Positions 28,201 through 41,614 of a stretch of DNA of 64,000 nucleotides are shown in pieces. Below the pieces are notes generated by a model, which saw only the letters and a program-made list of their open reading frames with translations, made no database searches and was not told where the DNA came from. Origin of the DNA: Phoronis australis (Eukaryota > Animalia > Phoronida); assembly GCA_002633005.1 (NCBI GenBank), contig NMRA01000069.1:1036990-1100989 (forward strand), given 5' to 3'. Position 1 is the first letter of the stretch. The number at the start of each line of letters is the position of its first letter. The position numbers and the translations under genes are program-made.

Positions 28201-31200
28201 TCACCGATGGTATAAACACAGGCTCAAACTAAACCTGCAGTGAAACCGCCTTGGCCTTCGGTGAAAAAGAATACACAACAAAGCTGGCCTCAACAAATTC
28301 TTTACTCAGATTGGATTAGCGTATTCAGGGCTCAAGAAGAACTGGGGGGGGGGTATACGCTCCACATAACTGTTTCTGAGAATATACTCATTTTACCTCT
28401 GCTNACAACAGTTAGACCTTGAAACATGGAGAATCCCCACAACAGTTAGACCTTGAAACAAGAGGACACCAACTATCATAATATGAACACTCAAATTTAC
28501 TATCTTGTATTGCAAACTGAAACCAAAACAGGTTTGTGCAATAAGGCGTTTCCAATAATCTACTGGATTTATTCTCGGTTTCCAATCAAATCACAGATGG
28601 TATAAACACAGGCTCAAACTAAACCTGCAGTGAAACCGCCTTGGCCTTCGGTGAAAAAGAATACACAACAAAGCTGGCCTCAACAAATTCTTTACTCAGA
28701 TTGGATTAGCGTATTCAGGGCTCAAGAAGAACTGGGGGGGGGGTATACGCTCCACATAACTGTTTCTGAGAATATACTCATTTTACCTCTGCTTACTTTC
28801 TGTACAAATTAATTTCACGCAGTGATGTGCTAATAATTACGTGTGTTAATTATTACATGACATAAACCTTAATTTATGTAATTGTGAAATCAGAACATAA
28901 AGACAAATGTTTGTCTTAACCAGTAGACTTAACTCACTCTCATGAATTGAGACAGACATTAACATAAATATTGAAACTCAAAGTGTGTTCAAAATGTTGT
29001 CCTCAAACATTGGCCTCAGGGCATACAGTGTAGTTTGGTATCAGATTCAAGATATTGATGGGCCATCGTGTTTTGGATACTGGAGGTCTGGATTAAAGCC
29101 AGCACAGGCTGCAGCTTCACTACCAAATTTGATGTTTCAAAAATGAATCGCGCATTTTTGTTTATAAAATAGACACATTCACCCAACAGTAACAGGAAAA
29201 TAGGCAAAAACAATGTTTAAGTGAAGTCAGGCGACGATGATTTATAGAACATGAGTCAAGCAAACCTAGAGAGGAAGTCCACGCTCAGCATGATACTGTC
29301 TCCAGTTTCACAACAAATAATATTCCATGTAATGCTGAGATGTGCACAGTCATCAAAGAAATCAGTGGCTACATCCACTGGAGGGGTTTTAAATTCGCAA
29401 TATTCGCCTAATGGACCCTTGATCATCATTCCTCCAGTCCTAGCTTGACACGTAAAATGACCAGTGAGGCCATGGCAACTTATCGAGCCGGGTCTCAAGC
29501 CAGAAACAAAGACTCAGTTTCCCCAAGCCAGTTTATTACTTCAGACCTAATTATGATTAAAGCTGGGCGACACAAAAATATTTTTGATTTCAGGAGAAGT
29601 TACGGTGACAAGACTTAATTATTTTTTTCTCAGATCAGAGAAGTGATTTCTGGGTTTGGGAAGCACTACACTGACAGTTGTTAATACTAATTGACAACAC
29701 CCTCATTAAGTTGGCATGCCACAGCAGGTTATTTACCGCAGGAGGAGACTGTGGCCTTACCCAATAACCAACCTGAGCCGTTCCAGGTACAGAAATTACT
29801 TCTCAATTGTTAAGGAACAAGTTGACTCCACTATCAGGGTGTTCCATCGAAACAGGAACCCCAGTGTAAAACAGATATCCTGGAGCTGAAATCAGACTCC
29901 TGAACTTTCAAAACAGCTATAACCAGACTGAAAAATAGGAACCCCGACCTTTAAAACAAGAATCCCCGGGATCGTACAGGAAACCCTGACACTTTTTTCC
30001 AGTCCCCAAAATTCCTGTTTTAAAGACCGAGATTCCTGATTTTTGGGCTGGTTAGCTGTTTTGAAGCCTGTATTCGACTCCGGGATATCTGTTTTACACT
30101 GGGGTTCCTGTTGCAATGGAACACCCTGCCTATGGTGGTACACAGTCCAATAAATCAAAGCTTTGTTTCCGGGAAAGAAAGCGGGTTTCTAGCAACTTTA
30201 AGAAAAAAACTGAGACAAGTTTTATTACGTTATTTTAATTTTTATTTAAGGCAGGTTTGTAACACGTAGGACATTTAAGTTTGTGTACAATAGTGCTAAA
30301 TGTAACACTAGCTCATACATAGTAATAAGTTTGTGTACAATAGTGCTAAATGTAACACTAGCTCATAAGTTTGTGTACAATAGTGCTAAATGTAACACTA
30401 GCTCATACATAGTAAAAGGTATGAAACAATAATCAGCACCACTTACATGGTAGAATATCTTTGTATCGGTTTTTCTTTTTATTTCCTTCTTTTTTACCAT
30501 TCTTCCTGGGATAATTCACGTCGTCATGACTCAATTGAAGACTCATCTGCCTCAGCTCCTAAAACACAAGTTTCAAATAACATGTACGTCTCTGTAAAAC
30601 AAAAATCATTACAGAATATATTACAATTTAAAGTAAATGAAAGAAAATAGACCCATATCACAGATTTTGATGTTTCTCCACGAAAAAAACATTTAAGTGT
30701 CCAATGGTTTCAAAAAAGTCCCCAGGGGGCATGTTTGGTTTATACCTGCATAAAACTCTGTTCCCAGTATTTTTGAGACCTCAACGGAAGTCACAAATGC
30801 TTCTAATAACTTCTTCAACACCATGCAACGTAGGATTTAGAAACTGAGAAACCGCGAACTTGTCATTTTTTAAATGCCACCCCCCCCGCGATATCGCAGA
30901 ACCCCCAACGCCTATAATATAAAACTCTGCACATGTCACATACAAGAAATTTTAAAAAGTGCACTGGTCAACTTTTCTTTTATCTTCAGTCCAAATCAAA
31001 AGTTAGTATTTTTGGCAGAAGTTGGATTCAAAGCACCTTTAGGAAAATGAACATGTGCTATATCCTCCTGATAACATTGGGCAAATAGTTTTTCACAGGG
31101 ATACCAGTAGTTATGTTAAAATATGATCATATTTCTCCACTGAAAGGGCTAGTTCGGGCAACAGACAAACCGGCTTTAGTATCTGCACTGACAAGGCACC

Positions 31201-34200
31201 CTACATCAGGCATGCAAAATCAGTTACATGTGAGTACATAAACCTACACTTGCGAACAGTTTGAAAATTCAAGTTTACCAACCAATGGACCTGATGTTTA
31301 CATCATTTTTGGAATAAGAAAATTTGTTAGTATGCTCAAGTTATTGTTAGTGCCCTTGAAAAAATGACCTAAATGCTCAAATTTGTTTACTCGAAATTTT
31401 AAACTGCCTGGTCATATTTTTGAATTGCACACCATAATTGCAGGTATGTGCACTCATTACCTGAATGTACACACAAAGGTTTGGCTGCCAGTCTTGACTG
31501 AACAAATCAGAGATAAAACTAAACACCTTTGGATATTTATAATTTCTCTCCATTTATAGGTACAGGTGGTTATTCATGAAATAGTCGTATCAGAATCAAT
31601 CCAGAAATAACAGAGTTGTAACTTATGTTTGAGGTATTTTCTTCACTGTTCAAAGCTAAGACAAGAACTGACACCTGAATAGTACCATAACAAGGAAAAA
31701 CACTCCCTTCAAGCTCCAGTTTCTTCAAGTGTATATTACAAAATTCCTTAGCTCTTCTTCAAGTGTAATGTTACAAACTCGTCACCTTTGTAACACACTC
31801 ACAACACATGAAGGACAAGTGACACTTTATTTTGTCATTTCCTTTACATTTAAAATAAAAATAAAAATAAAAATAAAGAAATGTTAGACTATGGATACCC
31901 TTACAATATACGAAATCCCTTACTCCAAAAATGATCTAAACATCAAATCCTTAAGTTGCTAAACTTGGATTTTCAAACTGTGCAGGATATTTAATGTAGT
32001 AATCACAACATTCATAAATGTGTCATGGTCATTTGGCCATCAGCCTTGAAATCTAGAAAATGATAGGTTAGGCAATTGTATTTGTGCAAAATAAGTGAAG
32101 GATTGCAAGATAATTATAAGGTGATGACTAATGCACTTCACAAAAGTTTAATGTTTTCTTAAAGTGCTAAACACTACCCGTTTCATACTTTCGACATATT
32201 AGCGTACTGTTAAGATCTTATTGCTTTAATTAATTATAGCGTATTGCAAACATTTTTAATTTGGTCAGCATGCCAGATGCGGCCACATGACGTGACCTAA
32301 TGAATATTTATAAGTCTGAAAAGATCTCTGCCCCAACAGGACTCGAAATTGGTTTAAAAATTACATATTTAATATACAGAATCCTGAAAATAGTCCTATT
32401 TGCGATTTACAATTAGAAACACGCGTTCATGTGACACAACTAGGATAAGAGTTATTCGAGCGATTGTGCCACAACGCGACCCACTTTTCAAGAAAACAGG
32501 TCACAATATGTACAACAGGACTATCGCAAAAGATTCAAAGCTATGCAGTGCTTCAAAAACTCGATTTATAGTTTCATCCATAACAATGACAGAAAGAATT
32601 CAATACCATAACAGCTATCACAATTAAATTCGGAAGCATGACTAAGTCATTAGTCATCATCAAATTTCCTTGTCTGTTTCTGAATAAAAAATAAACAGAA
32701 GAGTAATTGTGTATATAACATTGATTGTGAAAACTGCCCAGAACTCTATGTTACTATGACAACAAGGGTTTTGAGCATTAGACTGAAAGAACATAACAGG
32801 CAAGACAGTAATTCAGTACTTGCTCACAGCACGATCCTTGGTCATTCCCCTAGCATACAGGTCCTAGCAGGTGACAACAATGAAGTTGGTTTGCTGATAA
32901 GAGCGTTATTGTGGATATAGGCTCTTCATACTGAGAGGTACTTGAAAAAGAATATCAGTGCTTTCCAATAGCTGATTTTTTTAAATTGCCAAGCCAAATT
33001 AAAATACCCTTTCCAGCCAGGCATACAAAAAAGGCACACCTCTTGAAATATCCATGGATGGGTGACAAACATGACACCTTCGATACAATTTCCATTACGA
33101 AAAAGAATATGTGTCCAGCCAAGTCAGTGGCTGCAACTGATAAAGCAGTAGAATTCCAATCCTAGCCGATGTCATAAGATAAATAATAGACTTAAACTTA
33201 ACCCAATTAAACAAAGAGAGGAATTGACAGTGGGATTTACAGATTGGTTTTAGGTTAATGAACCACTATGTAGTACTAGTAACTGAATTTCTCTCAACCA
33301 CATCTGAGTTAGGATCAAGCGGAAGTCATTTTTGCACACTCATTACTCTAGAGAGCGCCAATATGGAAAGTCCACTGTTAAGCTTGGTGGTAGATGTTGA
33401 ACTTATTCCACGTATTTTTGGACTTATATGATCTAGACGATGATTAAAGGTTGAACCAAAATGACAATTTTTTAATATATATAAAAATGTTGCACCAACA
33501 TAAAAGAAATAATTGCAGGGTGTCTGATACACATTGTACCAGACGTGCGCAAGTCGCAAATGTGGACCCACTGCACTGATCACATAGAACTAGGATCACA
33601 TAGGAGCTAGAAACCTGACCCAAGTGTCTAGCAGTGTGGCCCAGTGAGACCCAAACCCACGACCTCAAGTAAAGAAGGCGGGCACCTATCAGACCAGGCC
33701 ACACTGCCTCCTCTTTGCACCAATAACCTTGAATAAACTTATATTTGCTGATCTATTCCAGAAAAATGAACACATTTTTTCTTATGACAGCATGGTGACC
33801 ATCCCGAAGCCAGTAAGAACTATGTCCTGAATGTTAAAACCAATTCTAACTTTCTTCACAGATCCATGTATAACTTCAAAGCAACACCAATGCCAGGTGT
33901 GTCAATAGAATAGTATTTGGTAAACAGTATTCCATGACACTGTTGAGTGGTGGGTTATGTATATTATGATATAGAAAATGTATACATTCCAAAATATCCA
34001 TGAATGAAAGAAATTGTGTTTTGTCCCCATATTGCACTGGTCACAAGTTAGATTTTGGGTCAAGTGAAAGATGCTTCTATGCCTTCATAATGCTAAAAAA
34101 TGTATGCAGACTGTTTTCTACTACTCTGGTGGCCATGCAGTAATTGGCAACTGACAATCAACTGAAATGGGCCACTTCTCAAGCAATGACAGCCTGTCAG

Positions 34201-36090
34201 TTGCTCTGGAACCAAGAAATCATTTCTAATCTGGGAACAATACAAAACCACTACAATAAATAACCCAAGTCTAATTAAAAACGGTTTTAAACAAAATTTC
34301 CCAATTTTTATGAATTTGTGATAACTAATTGTCATTCGACTTTAAATGTCTTGTTGACAGAGTTATTTTAATGAAAATATTTTAATTCACAGTAATTTTT
34401 TGGAATTTGTATGTAGAGATGAAACTTACTAAAATGGTTCGATATTCCGTTAAGGCCAAAAAAGCTTTAATTTGATTCTGGCCAACACCCCGACTCACTC
34501 TGAATCCCAGGCATCTGCCAGCACAACTATTAGCAAATGCTAATCCTGGATTATTTTCAAAAGCCACAGTACTCATGTGCAAGCACCGATTCCATGGCAG
34601 TGTTGACGAAAGTTCAGTCTGGAAATCTTCCAGCCAACTGGGGTGTCTTCCAATCACGCCACCCTCATCATACAGGGATCTGGTCTTTTGTACCTGGCCA
34701 CGCCGGTGTCTTGATTAATGAGCGTGCAGATTACCTCGCTGGCTCATGTACCACCAAGCAACCCCTCTGCTTGTACTCGGCTGATGTTAAGCTGCTGGCT
34801 CACCAATGCCCCCTAGAGCAGACTTCGTCCTAACTGGCCGAGTTCAATGATGGTCTAAGCCGACTGCTCGAAGCCGGTATTACTTATGGCCATGCTTCTA
34901 AGAGTCACAAGAAGAGTAGTGCCCGAGTGTTGTCAAATCAGATGCTGACAGGCAACGTCAGCCCTGAAGTTCTGCGCCTTCTGCTGTCACGGGGATGGTC
35001 TGGGGAGGGAATCAATGCACTAGCATATCCCCAATGATCCTGTCCGTGACAGGTACAGGTACTACAGGTATTACAAGTCTAGTCCTATAAGTTTATGCAA
35101 CTGTTCACAAGCAGCTCCATCGGAGATAGACAAACCCACCAACCGAACAAGATGTTCCATTGTTTTTAATAGTCCAATTACTACTCCCTCACTGGCAGGC
35201 TGATCTCACGTCAGGCGTCAGTGGAAATAAATTAAAGATGACCCAGGTTCATGACGGTGAGGAAAGCACAAAAAGTCAATGAGATATATACAAATCACAT
35301 GGTGAGAGAACTTACAGCACAATAGGGCTGTACCGGATTACATGGCGGTAGAACTCTCCTTTGTACTGGAGATAAGAAAGCATGCGACCTCTTTTTGAAA
35401 ATCAGGCACGTTTTCGTGTATCTTATTGATATCGGGAAGGTGAAGAATTTCAAATCCCGCATCCATGGGTATTTGTCCAGTTTATCAAAATTTCTCATGT
35501 CAGGGTTGCAGACCACAGAGTAGCTGCAACACTTCGTTGGCATTGGAAGAACGAATATAGTAATACAGCTGAAAAAAATTGTATGAAGAATCAAACAACA
35601 ACAAATAACATGCCAACTCCAGTGGCTCGAAAATGAGGGAGCAAATGTGCCAGACGGATTTTTATGGCATTTTGGGTAAATACAGTGAGATTTGAGTGTC
35701 ACTGTGCAATCTGGGACGGCCTTATTTTCTGGTATATCGTCTCTCAGTACCTAAATAACCTTCCATTTCAGTCCTAGCCGTTGCCAGTGGCTGTGGAAGG
35801 CAATAACATCTACCTCCATTTTCGTGTTAAAGTTTCCCTGAGGATAAATCAGCCTGTCAAACTGGTTCTCACAATTTGTGACTACAATATAGGGCTTTTT
35901 ACCGTCCAACCCTTTGTCTAACCGGTTGCGGGACAACTCAGTTAACTTTCAGTTCAGTTGTGGATATCAATCATCAATGTGAAAATTTTACCTGAAACTC
36001 TCTATAAAATCCATTTTCTCCGTGGTAATCTTCTTGTTCAAGACGCTCAACTGAATCAACAAATTTATGGAGATGTTCACTTATAGGCAT
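9901..36090 (-). CDS. PTPN12: PEST-family non-receptor protein tyrosine phosphatase (PTP-PEST/PTPN12-like, probable pro-orthologue of PTPN12/18/22), ~936 aa, 12 coding exons
   Basis: Phase-consistent GT-AG exons: 36090-35992 ([16 protein letters not shown]), 30558-30447 (..KNRYKDILP), 24987-24911 ([16 protein letters not shown]), 22904-22770 ([25 protein letters not shown]), 20823-20755 (KCQRYW), 19142-18937 ([17 protein letters not shown]), 17943-17799 ([18 protein letters not shown]), 15455-15348 (EQYKLV), 14911-13475 (Pro/Ser-rich), 12786-12553 ([10 protein letters not shown]; alternative donor after 12565), 10693-10588, 9983-9901 (CTH motif [19 protein letters not shown]). [17 protein letters not shown] and Q-loop are intact. 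Confidence 0.93.
16258..17760 (-). mobile_element. Non-autonomous Helentron-associated element (HINE/DINE-1/pearl-like), full copy in PTPN12 intron 7
   Basis: On the minus strand: T-rich 5' end, subterminal inverted repeat ATGCGCCCACATATTTATATGTGGACGCAT, (GTCC)n microsatellite, central tandem repeats, 3' subTIR GTGGGCGCAT, short hairpin CAACGC-nnn-GCGTTG, and CTCTTGT end. Near-identical inverted copy at 53384-54888. Confidence 0.8.
21338..21490 (+). mobile_element. tRNA-derived repeat (same family as 32262-32347 and 62633-62835)
   Basis: B-box GGTTCGAGTC followed by the shared segment CAGAAATCTTTTCAGAC..CATTAG.TC.C...ATGTGGCCACAGGTGGCGTGC. Confidence 0.6.
27968..28069. repeat. 34-bp tandem minisatellite x3 (ATGGAGAATCCCCACAACAGTTAGACCTTGAAAC)
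   Basis: Three exact head-to-tail copies with no spacers. Confidence 0.9.
28015..28793. repeat. 389-bp direct duplication (28015-28403 / 28405-28793) joined by a single N, probable assembly overlap
   Basis: Near-identical copies with the N at 28404 at the junction. This explains the twin ORFs at 28240 and 28630. Confidence 0.9.
29835..30128. mobile_element. Foldback MITE with CAGGG termini (hAT-like)
   Basis: CAGGGTGTTCCATCGAAACAGGAACCCCAGTGTAAAACAGATATCC at the left and GGATATCTGTTTTACACTGGGGTTCCTGTTGCAATGGAACACCCTG at the right, with imperfect arms extending inward. No clean TSD. Confidence 0.7.
30276..30415. repeat. ~49-bp tandem repeat x3 next to the PTPN12 exon 2 donor
   Basis: Unit TAAGTTTGTGTACAATAGTGCTAAATGTAACACTAGCTCA(TACATAGTAA); the middle copy is shortened. 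Confidence 0.85.
32262..32347 (-). mobile_element. Fragment of the tRNA-derived repeat family
   Basis: Reverse complement TTCGAGTCCTGTTGGGGCAGAGATCTTTTCAGACTTAT..CATTAGGTCACGTCATGTGGCCGCATCTGGCATGCTGACC matches the copies at 21.4 kb and 62.75 kb. Confidence 0.55.
33510..33712 (-). mobile_element. Probable degenerate tRNA-derived SINE
   Basis: The minus strand begins GAGGCAGTGTGGCCTGGTCTGATAGG (A-box-like), then GTCGTGGGTTTGGGTCTC (degenerate B-box), then a CTTGGGTCAG core-like segment. Confidence 0.4.
34465..35072 (+). mobile_element. 3' fragment of a non-LTR retrotransposon encoding a degenerate RNase H, antisense in PTPN12 intron 1
   Basis: The frame of ORF 34537 has RNase HI motifs TDSMAVL and [19 protein letters not shown]. 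After one in-frame TAA (34831-33) the frame stays open to TGA at 35035-37, followed by a short (ACAGGT)n-like tail at 35049-35070. Confidence 0.75.
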
Positions 36091-36260
36091 CTTAAGCGTC
36101 TTTTGTCCACTTCACATTGTTTCTCAAAACTCAGATAGGAAGAATATTTAAAGTCCTTTTCGGAAACTCGAACCAGGAAATGAAACTTGACCACGAGAGA
36201 GCGCGATACTCTCGCAAACCCTTGCTTCTTGGTTTCTCAACAACAAAGAGCTCTGATTTA
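36091..36260. promoter_or_regulatory. Bidirectional promoter PTPN12<>CDPF1
   Basis: The divergent start codons are only 170 bp apart. The interval is locally CpG-rich and contains CGAGAG-agcgcgata-CTCTCG, related to the TCTCGCGAGA promoter motif. Confidence 0.7.
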
Positions 36261-38853
36261 ATGGAAGCAGTCGAAAAAGCTGTTCCTGAAGAACATTTGA
36301 AGCACTTTGAGGGAAATGTCGCGATCGAAACCAAGGAAACCTCGAAGTTTTCATGTGATGAGTGTGGACTCACAATGCCGTATGATTACTTTGGAAATCA
36401 ACCACCGTTTTTGAAGTCTTTTGTGTAAGGTCTTGTCCCCGACACGGCACTCATGATTCACTTCAGATGATGATGATTGTTGTCTGAGAGTACAGCCTAC
36501 AGGCACCTTTAATCAACCATCGACGATATACTATAATAAAGAGTATATCTTCTAGGGCTGATTAAAAGTACCTGTGCAGAGAGTTAGTCAGCCAGCTATC
36601 TAGTATCTGTATCAAGACTATTATTATCAAAATAAAGCTAGGTTGGATGGTGCAAAGATACCCTTTGTGCCTTTGTGGCTTTGTCATTGTGTGAGACACA
36701 GACGTCCTCAGCTTCTGATCGTCCCCAATACACTATATAATACTAGTAGTATTCTATATATAGTAGTGTGTTGGAGACGGTCAGAAGTTGAGGACGCCTG
36801 TGGTGTGAGACACTCTGGTGTTCACGTTCTTGGTACTTGGTAGAGCGCCTGTTGCAGTGTTGCATTGGAAAAGTGGGACTGTTGTAGATGTGCTTCCAGT
36901 GAATCGTGTGACTCACCCTCGGTTTTACATCAAAATCTAGCACATACAACCTTCCTTAGATTCAAATGACAAATGTGATCTCTTGTCTGTTACAGCGGTT
37001 TAAAAGAAACAAACTGATAATTAAATGCCATTTTCTAACATCGCTCTCATTTTTGTAACAAAGTCAAGTCTCATAGTTAGGTTTTTTAAAGTGCTTTGGG
37101 TCATATCCAGGTTAAAGGGACATCATTGTTTTTACCCTTGAAAAATTCATTTTTGGTGTTATGTGGATGGTCCAGACTTTTTGTAGTATTTAGCTTTGAC
37201 AAGATTGAGCTATAAAACAATGAAATCCATTGTGCTGTTATGATTTGATTCAAATTGCCAATTCTGGCTGGTGTCTACTAGATGTTACTGCAGTCAGGGC
37301 AGATGATTTTCAGTTAAATTCTCTAGTTAATACTCTGTCAGTTCTTGAGTGCGATTTAGTTTGGAGCTTGTTAACAGAGTATTTTGTTGTGAATGAGAAC
37401 ATTCAAAAAATCACCTTGCTCGTCGATATTGTCTCTTCAACCATCTTGAGTCACTTTTCGTGTTGGTTTATCCTTTCCTGCCAATCGTATTGGTTTCAAG
37501 ATAAGTGTTCACCATATAGATGACTTTTCTAACTTTGTTGCATTAAAGGTGTATACTTTTTTAATTCCAGGACCCTGGAAGAAGCTTATTTGATGAAGGA
37601 CCCGTTTTCATCTGACATCGGTGTGATTGTTCTGGGGTCTCACTGCTCACTGTGCCACAAGCCGGTTTGTGTATCAGTGGTAAGAAGGGGGTGTCACTGT
37701 CCCTAAAGCACTGACAATTACAATGAAATTAACATGTGTCACTGAAACTGAAGGTTCCTGGGATGCTTATGTTCAGATAGATCTGTAGCTGCAGGCTCAC
37801 ATGAGTGTCACTGTGTCAAAAGGATAACGAAAACGCTATCATTTTAGCCCAATGAGCTGTCCGCAAAAGGGTCATTTTTGCCAGTAGTTCGTTTGGTCAC
37901 CTGCCAAGTCACTTTTAAGAGAAAATTGATTTCAAAACATGCTCAGTCTCTGCAATCACAATGATAGAACAAGGAAATGGCTTCTTATCAACGCTCAAAT
38001 GTCCTTTGAAGCAATGGGTCTGGCTATAAGAGTGCTAGTAAGAAGACAAGCAGAAACGCCAATAGTTTTAGGGGTAACTCAAAGCTCGTGCAAAGTGCCA
38101 CCAAAGGTGACCCATTTGCATTACTGGCATCTTAGTGCTAGAGCGAAAACATTACAGCATGTTAGCCTGCATGTGAACAGGGTATTAAGATGCTGCATGG
38201 AGGTGAGCGACCTCGAGGTGCAAGAGGCTAACATTCGTGGTAGCCATAAGGAACACAATGAGACCAACTGTATGAGGTCATTGTGATGTCAAAGGTCAGG
38301 GAGGCATTTCCCCAAAAAAACAAGGCTGCTATTGTCAGTGACATTTGTGGTAAGAATAGTGTGTGATCTTGATTTGTATCTGTATTATTATGGAACTAAA
38401 ACAATGAATTGCGTGTTTCAACAAAATTTATTAATCAGAAAATTAATGTTCTTTGTTTAGCCATCTTTTTCTCCATGTTGTGAAACAAGCCAGCTTTTTC
38501 TCTCTTGGCTGTGCCATCCAAACATTGTTCAAAACTAGCCATAGCAACGGTGACCATTAGATGAGACCCTGCCTATAGATACACCTTATGGGTGTGCATC
38601 AATTTCTAAATTTAGGTACAAGCTTAAGACACCCCCTTGTGTGTCAGATATTTTGTGTATCCCTGGAGTGCACCTGTCAGACTGTTTTTGGCTTTGCGAA
38701 ATTCAGTAGCGTTACTTGGTATTCTTCCAGGACTGCAGCGTCTTCTACACCAGACGATTCTGCTTACCTTGTGTACAAGGTAACTTGGAAGAATTTCCCC
38801 AGGAGATCAAAACGGAGCTTCTCAATCGCAAAAAGAAGCAAGAAACACAATGA
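36261..38853 (+). CDS. CDPF1: Cysteine-rich DPF motif domain-containing protein 1, 3 exons
   Basis: Exons 36261-36424 (..KFSCDECGLTMPYDYFGNQPP), 37571-37679 (LEEAYLMKDPFSS..VLGSHCSLCHKPVCV) and 38731-38853 (CSVFYTRRFCLPC..EEFPQEI..*). Phases are consistent. An in-frame upstream ATG at 36180 is an alternative start. Confidence 0.92.
36500..36575. mobile_element. Tiny hairpin element in CDPF1 intron 1
   Basis: Imperfect inverted repeat ACAGGCACCTTTAATCAACC..GATATACT and AGTATATC..GGGCTGATTAAAAGTACCTGT. Confidence 0.45.
36697..36802. mobile_element. 106-bp P-superfamily-like MITE (TIRs only), 8-bp TSD GTGTGAGA
   Basis: TIR CACAGRCGTCCTCAGCTTCTGATCGTCCCCAATACAC is shared with the 49-50 kb elements. 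GTGTGAGA lies on both flanks (36689-96 and 36803-10). Confidence 0.85.
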
Positions 38854-38933
38854 CACCTGATGTGGATTGTGAAAGTTATTCAAGGGAGAGAACATCATTG
38901 TTTGTGAGATAATCCGGAGCCAACTGGACATCT

Positions 38934-39056
38934 CAGTTTCTTGTGCAAAAAAGCTCAGATTATCCATAGGATAACAGTGTTGTGGAATTGCATGTCAGCT
39001 TTCTTGTGCGAAAAAGCTCAAATTATCCATGGGATAACTGTGTTGTGGAATTGCAA
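38934..39056. repeat. ~63-bp tandem duplication in the CDPF1 3' UTR region
   Basis: TTTCTTGTGCRAAAAAGCTCARATTATCCATRGGATAACWGTGTTGTGGAATTGCA occurs twice. Confidence 0.8.
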
Positions 39057-41614
39057 GTGAATTCCTGTGTCACCAAAGGAGATTAAAATACCTAGATATG
39101 TGAAGTAAATGGTGCGGTTTTCAAAGTCTTCTGATAAATTTCAGGATTGCTGTTGCAGTACAATGCGACATTAGTCAACATCTGTGGCAGAAATTAGATG
39201 AAGGGATATAGTGTTCCTCTAAGTGCTGATACGATGAGCAGATAACTGACAGTTGTTTGGGAAAAAAGAATGCTGTTTTCAAGAATTGTAGTTCGTGAGA
39301 AAGACGATACAGCTTCCGCGAAAAGATTACATGCGATAGAAAAGAGGTCTGGATGTCTTCTTGGCTATAACTCAATGAGAGTTAGAAGCTTTTTCTACTT
39401 TTACAGTGAAAGCAACACTTCTTTATGTAGCCTTTGCTTAAAAGAAAATTCCCTGCTCATCTTGGGACATTTTTCACGACTGATTATCGTTTCCCTAGCC
39501 CTCTGCAAGACCTATGCACGCAAGAAAAGAAAGATTATGTGAACGTCCTAGCAGAAGGCCCACTTCTCCTGTTCAGATGGATTTCTGTTGTGCAAACACA
39601 ATGACCGACACAGGTCATTGTATCTGCTCAATAAAAGTGTATACAGGCATATAATGTGGGGGGGTTAATAGACCATGTACATCACATTTATATTGTTGCA
39701 TGCATAGTATGGTAAATAAACAGGGAAATTATTTGTCACTGAAAATGTATATATTTAACCAGATTTTTTTCAAGTAAAAGTTAACATAAAAATGGTTGCT
39801 TTCCTCCAACATGAAAGTTAGCCTGCCATTAATGATATGTTTTTGTTCAATACTTATTCACTGCTGCTAGAGGCATGTCTGAGTGCTGCAAATGACAAAT
39901 TATGTACAATTGTCCCAAAGTCTGAGACAATTCAATTGAATTGTTTAATCAAAAATATTTCTTCCACTTTTATTATTTAAGTAACTTGTTTATACCATTA
40001 GCAATCTAGGATTTGCTATTAAAAATATAAAAATGTGATTGACCTTATCAATACATGCAATAGCAGATTATATAATATTTCACAAATTACATTAAAACGA
40101 ACATCACTGTCTCGGCAATCCATGGCACATCAAATAAAAACAAAATAAAACAGATTTCAAATCATACTTCTATTAAAAATTAGACTCTGGCATGTTTTTT
40201 CTATTACAAATTGGAAACCTCCAATAAATTATTTTTAAAACGCCTTATTTCTAACTTTTGGAAGAAAAATGAGACAACATGACGTGTATTAAACAATCCG
40301 ATTAATATTAAATACCTGGGGCTTTTGTGAATGGTCCTTGCTGATCTGATTAGTCCCGAAACCTGCACCTACAAGTGCCTTTGGAACAGTTTTGACTTGA
40401 AACAAGGAAGTGTACAACAAAGCTAATCACTCAAAGAGTGAACAACGCTTAAATTAAGAGCTAAGTTTCGAATACTAGGAGAAATCATTTGAAGGCTAAT
40501 GTAATTTTGCCAAAATTGGGAAATACTAGCTTGGACTTAAGGATCTATCATCCTAACTTGAAGAACCAGAGATGTTAAAATTTATCACATTCCAGCAAAG
40601 AAAAACTTTCAAAATCAAAAAGAAGCATCTCATTTTTAGAACTTTATTAGCTCTGCGAACCTGTTCCACGAGCATCGTAAAAGTAATTAGAAAACAAAGT
40701 TCAACTGACATACTTTCTGCGCCTGTTCTGAGCCTCCAGCAGACTCGTATTACTCTTGGATAGCGCATATGTACAGGTCTAAAGGAAACATCCGAAAATA
40801 TAACCGTTTTGTACTAAAAACATGAACAACTAGGTCAAATAACGAACCAATGGGGGTTGATCACGTGGAACGGATTACTTTTGTCATTCTCTAGTTATAC
40901 CAGCAGGTACTTATTTGCAGCAGGTGGTATAGGGGGACACATGACTTCATGAGACGACCCCTCCCATTCCGCTACAGGTAAATAGTATATGGTGCCACAT
41001 AACCACTTCCCTCATTGCAACTTGAAAGCAACCGCGTTAAGCATTTTGATACAATGAATGCCAATTCTTGGATAAACTTGGAGGTAGTTTAGTGATTTAT
41101 AAGTAAAATTTATTGTTAAAGAGCATCAAAAATTTTCAATGCACATTTGTTTGGCAAAACCATTTTCCATTAAAAAATACTTTCACAAATGTCAATTCAC
41201 CTACCAAATCATCCAAGAATGTCAATGATTATTGACAATCCCTTCAATGTTGCTAAAATCGTTGCTTTTTGCCATTTGCGAATATTTGGATTTGACACAA
41301 ATAGGACACAAAGTTTGATTTTTTCAACGTACACAATCTCAAAAATGAAGTTTGACGAAAGCAGGAGATATAATGACCACGACCTTTCTGTGGATCAAGA
41401 TTTAATTTTCCGCCATTCCTTTTAGAGAATACAAAGACAAGGTTTTGGAGATTTTTATAACTGGATCAAAGATCATGATTTGTTTCCATATATCACTTGC
41501 AAACATTTGAATTCTTAAGTGTTCAATGTGCCAAACACGGGTCCAGCATCTTTAAATGAAAAATGGTGATCGTATTCGCTTAAAAAAATTACAATAATCA
41601 AAAACCAGTTTTTG

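Noticed and set aside
27968-28460. 34-bp repeats as a CRISPR array
   Set aside because: The copies are head-to-tail with no spacers, the context is a eukaryotic intron, and there are no cas genes. The extra copies come from the N-joined duplication.
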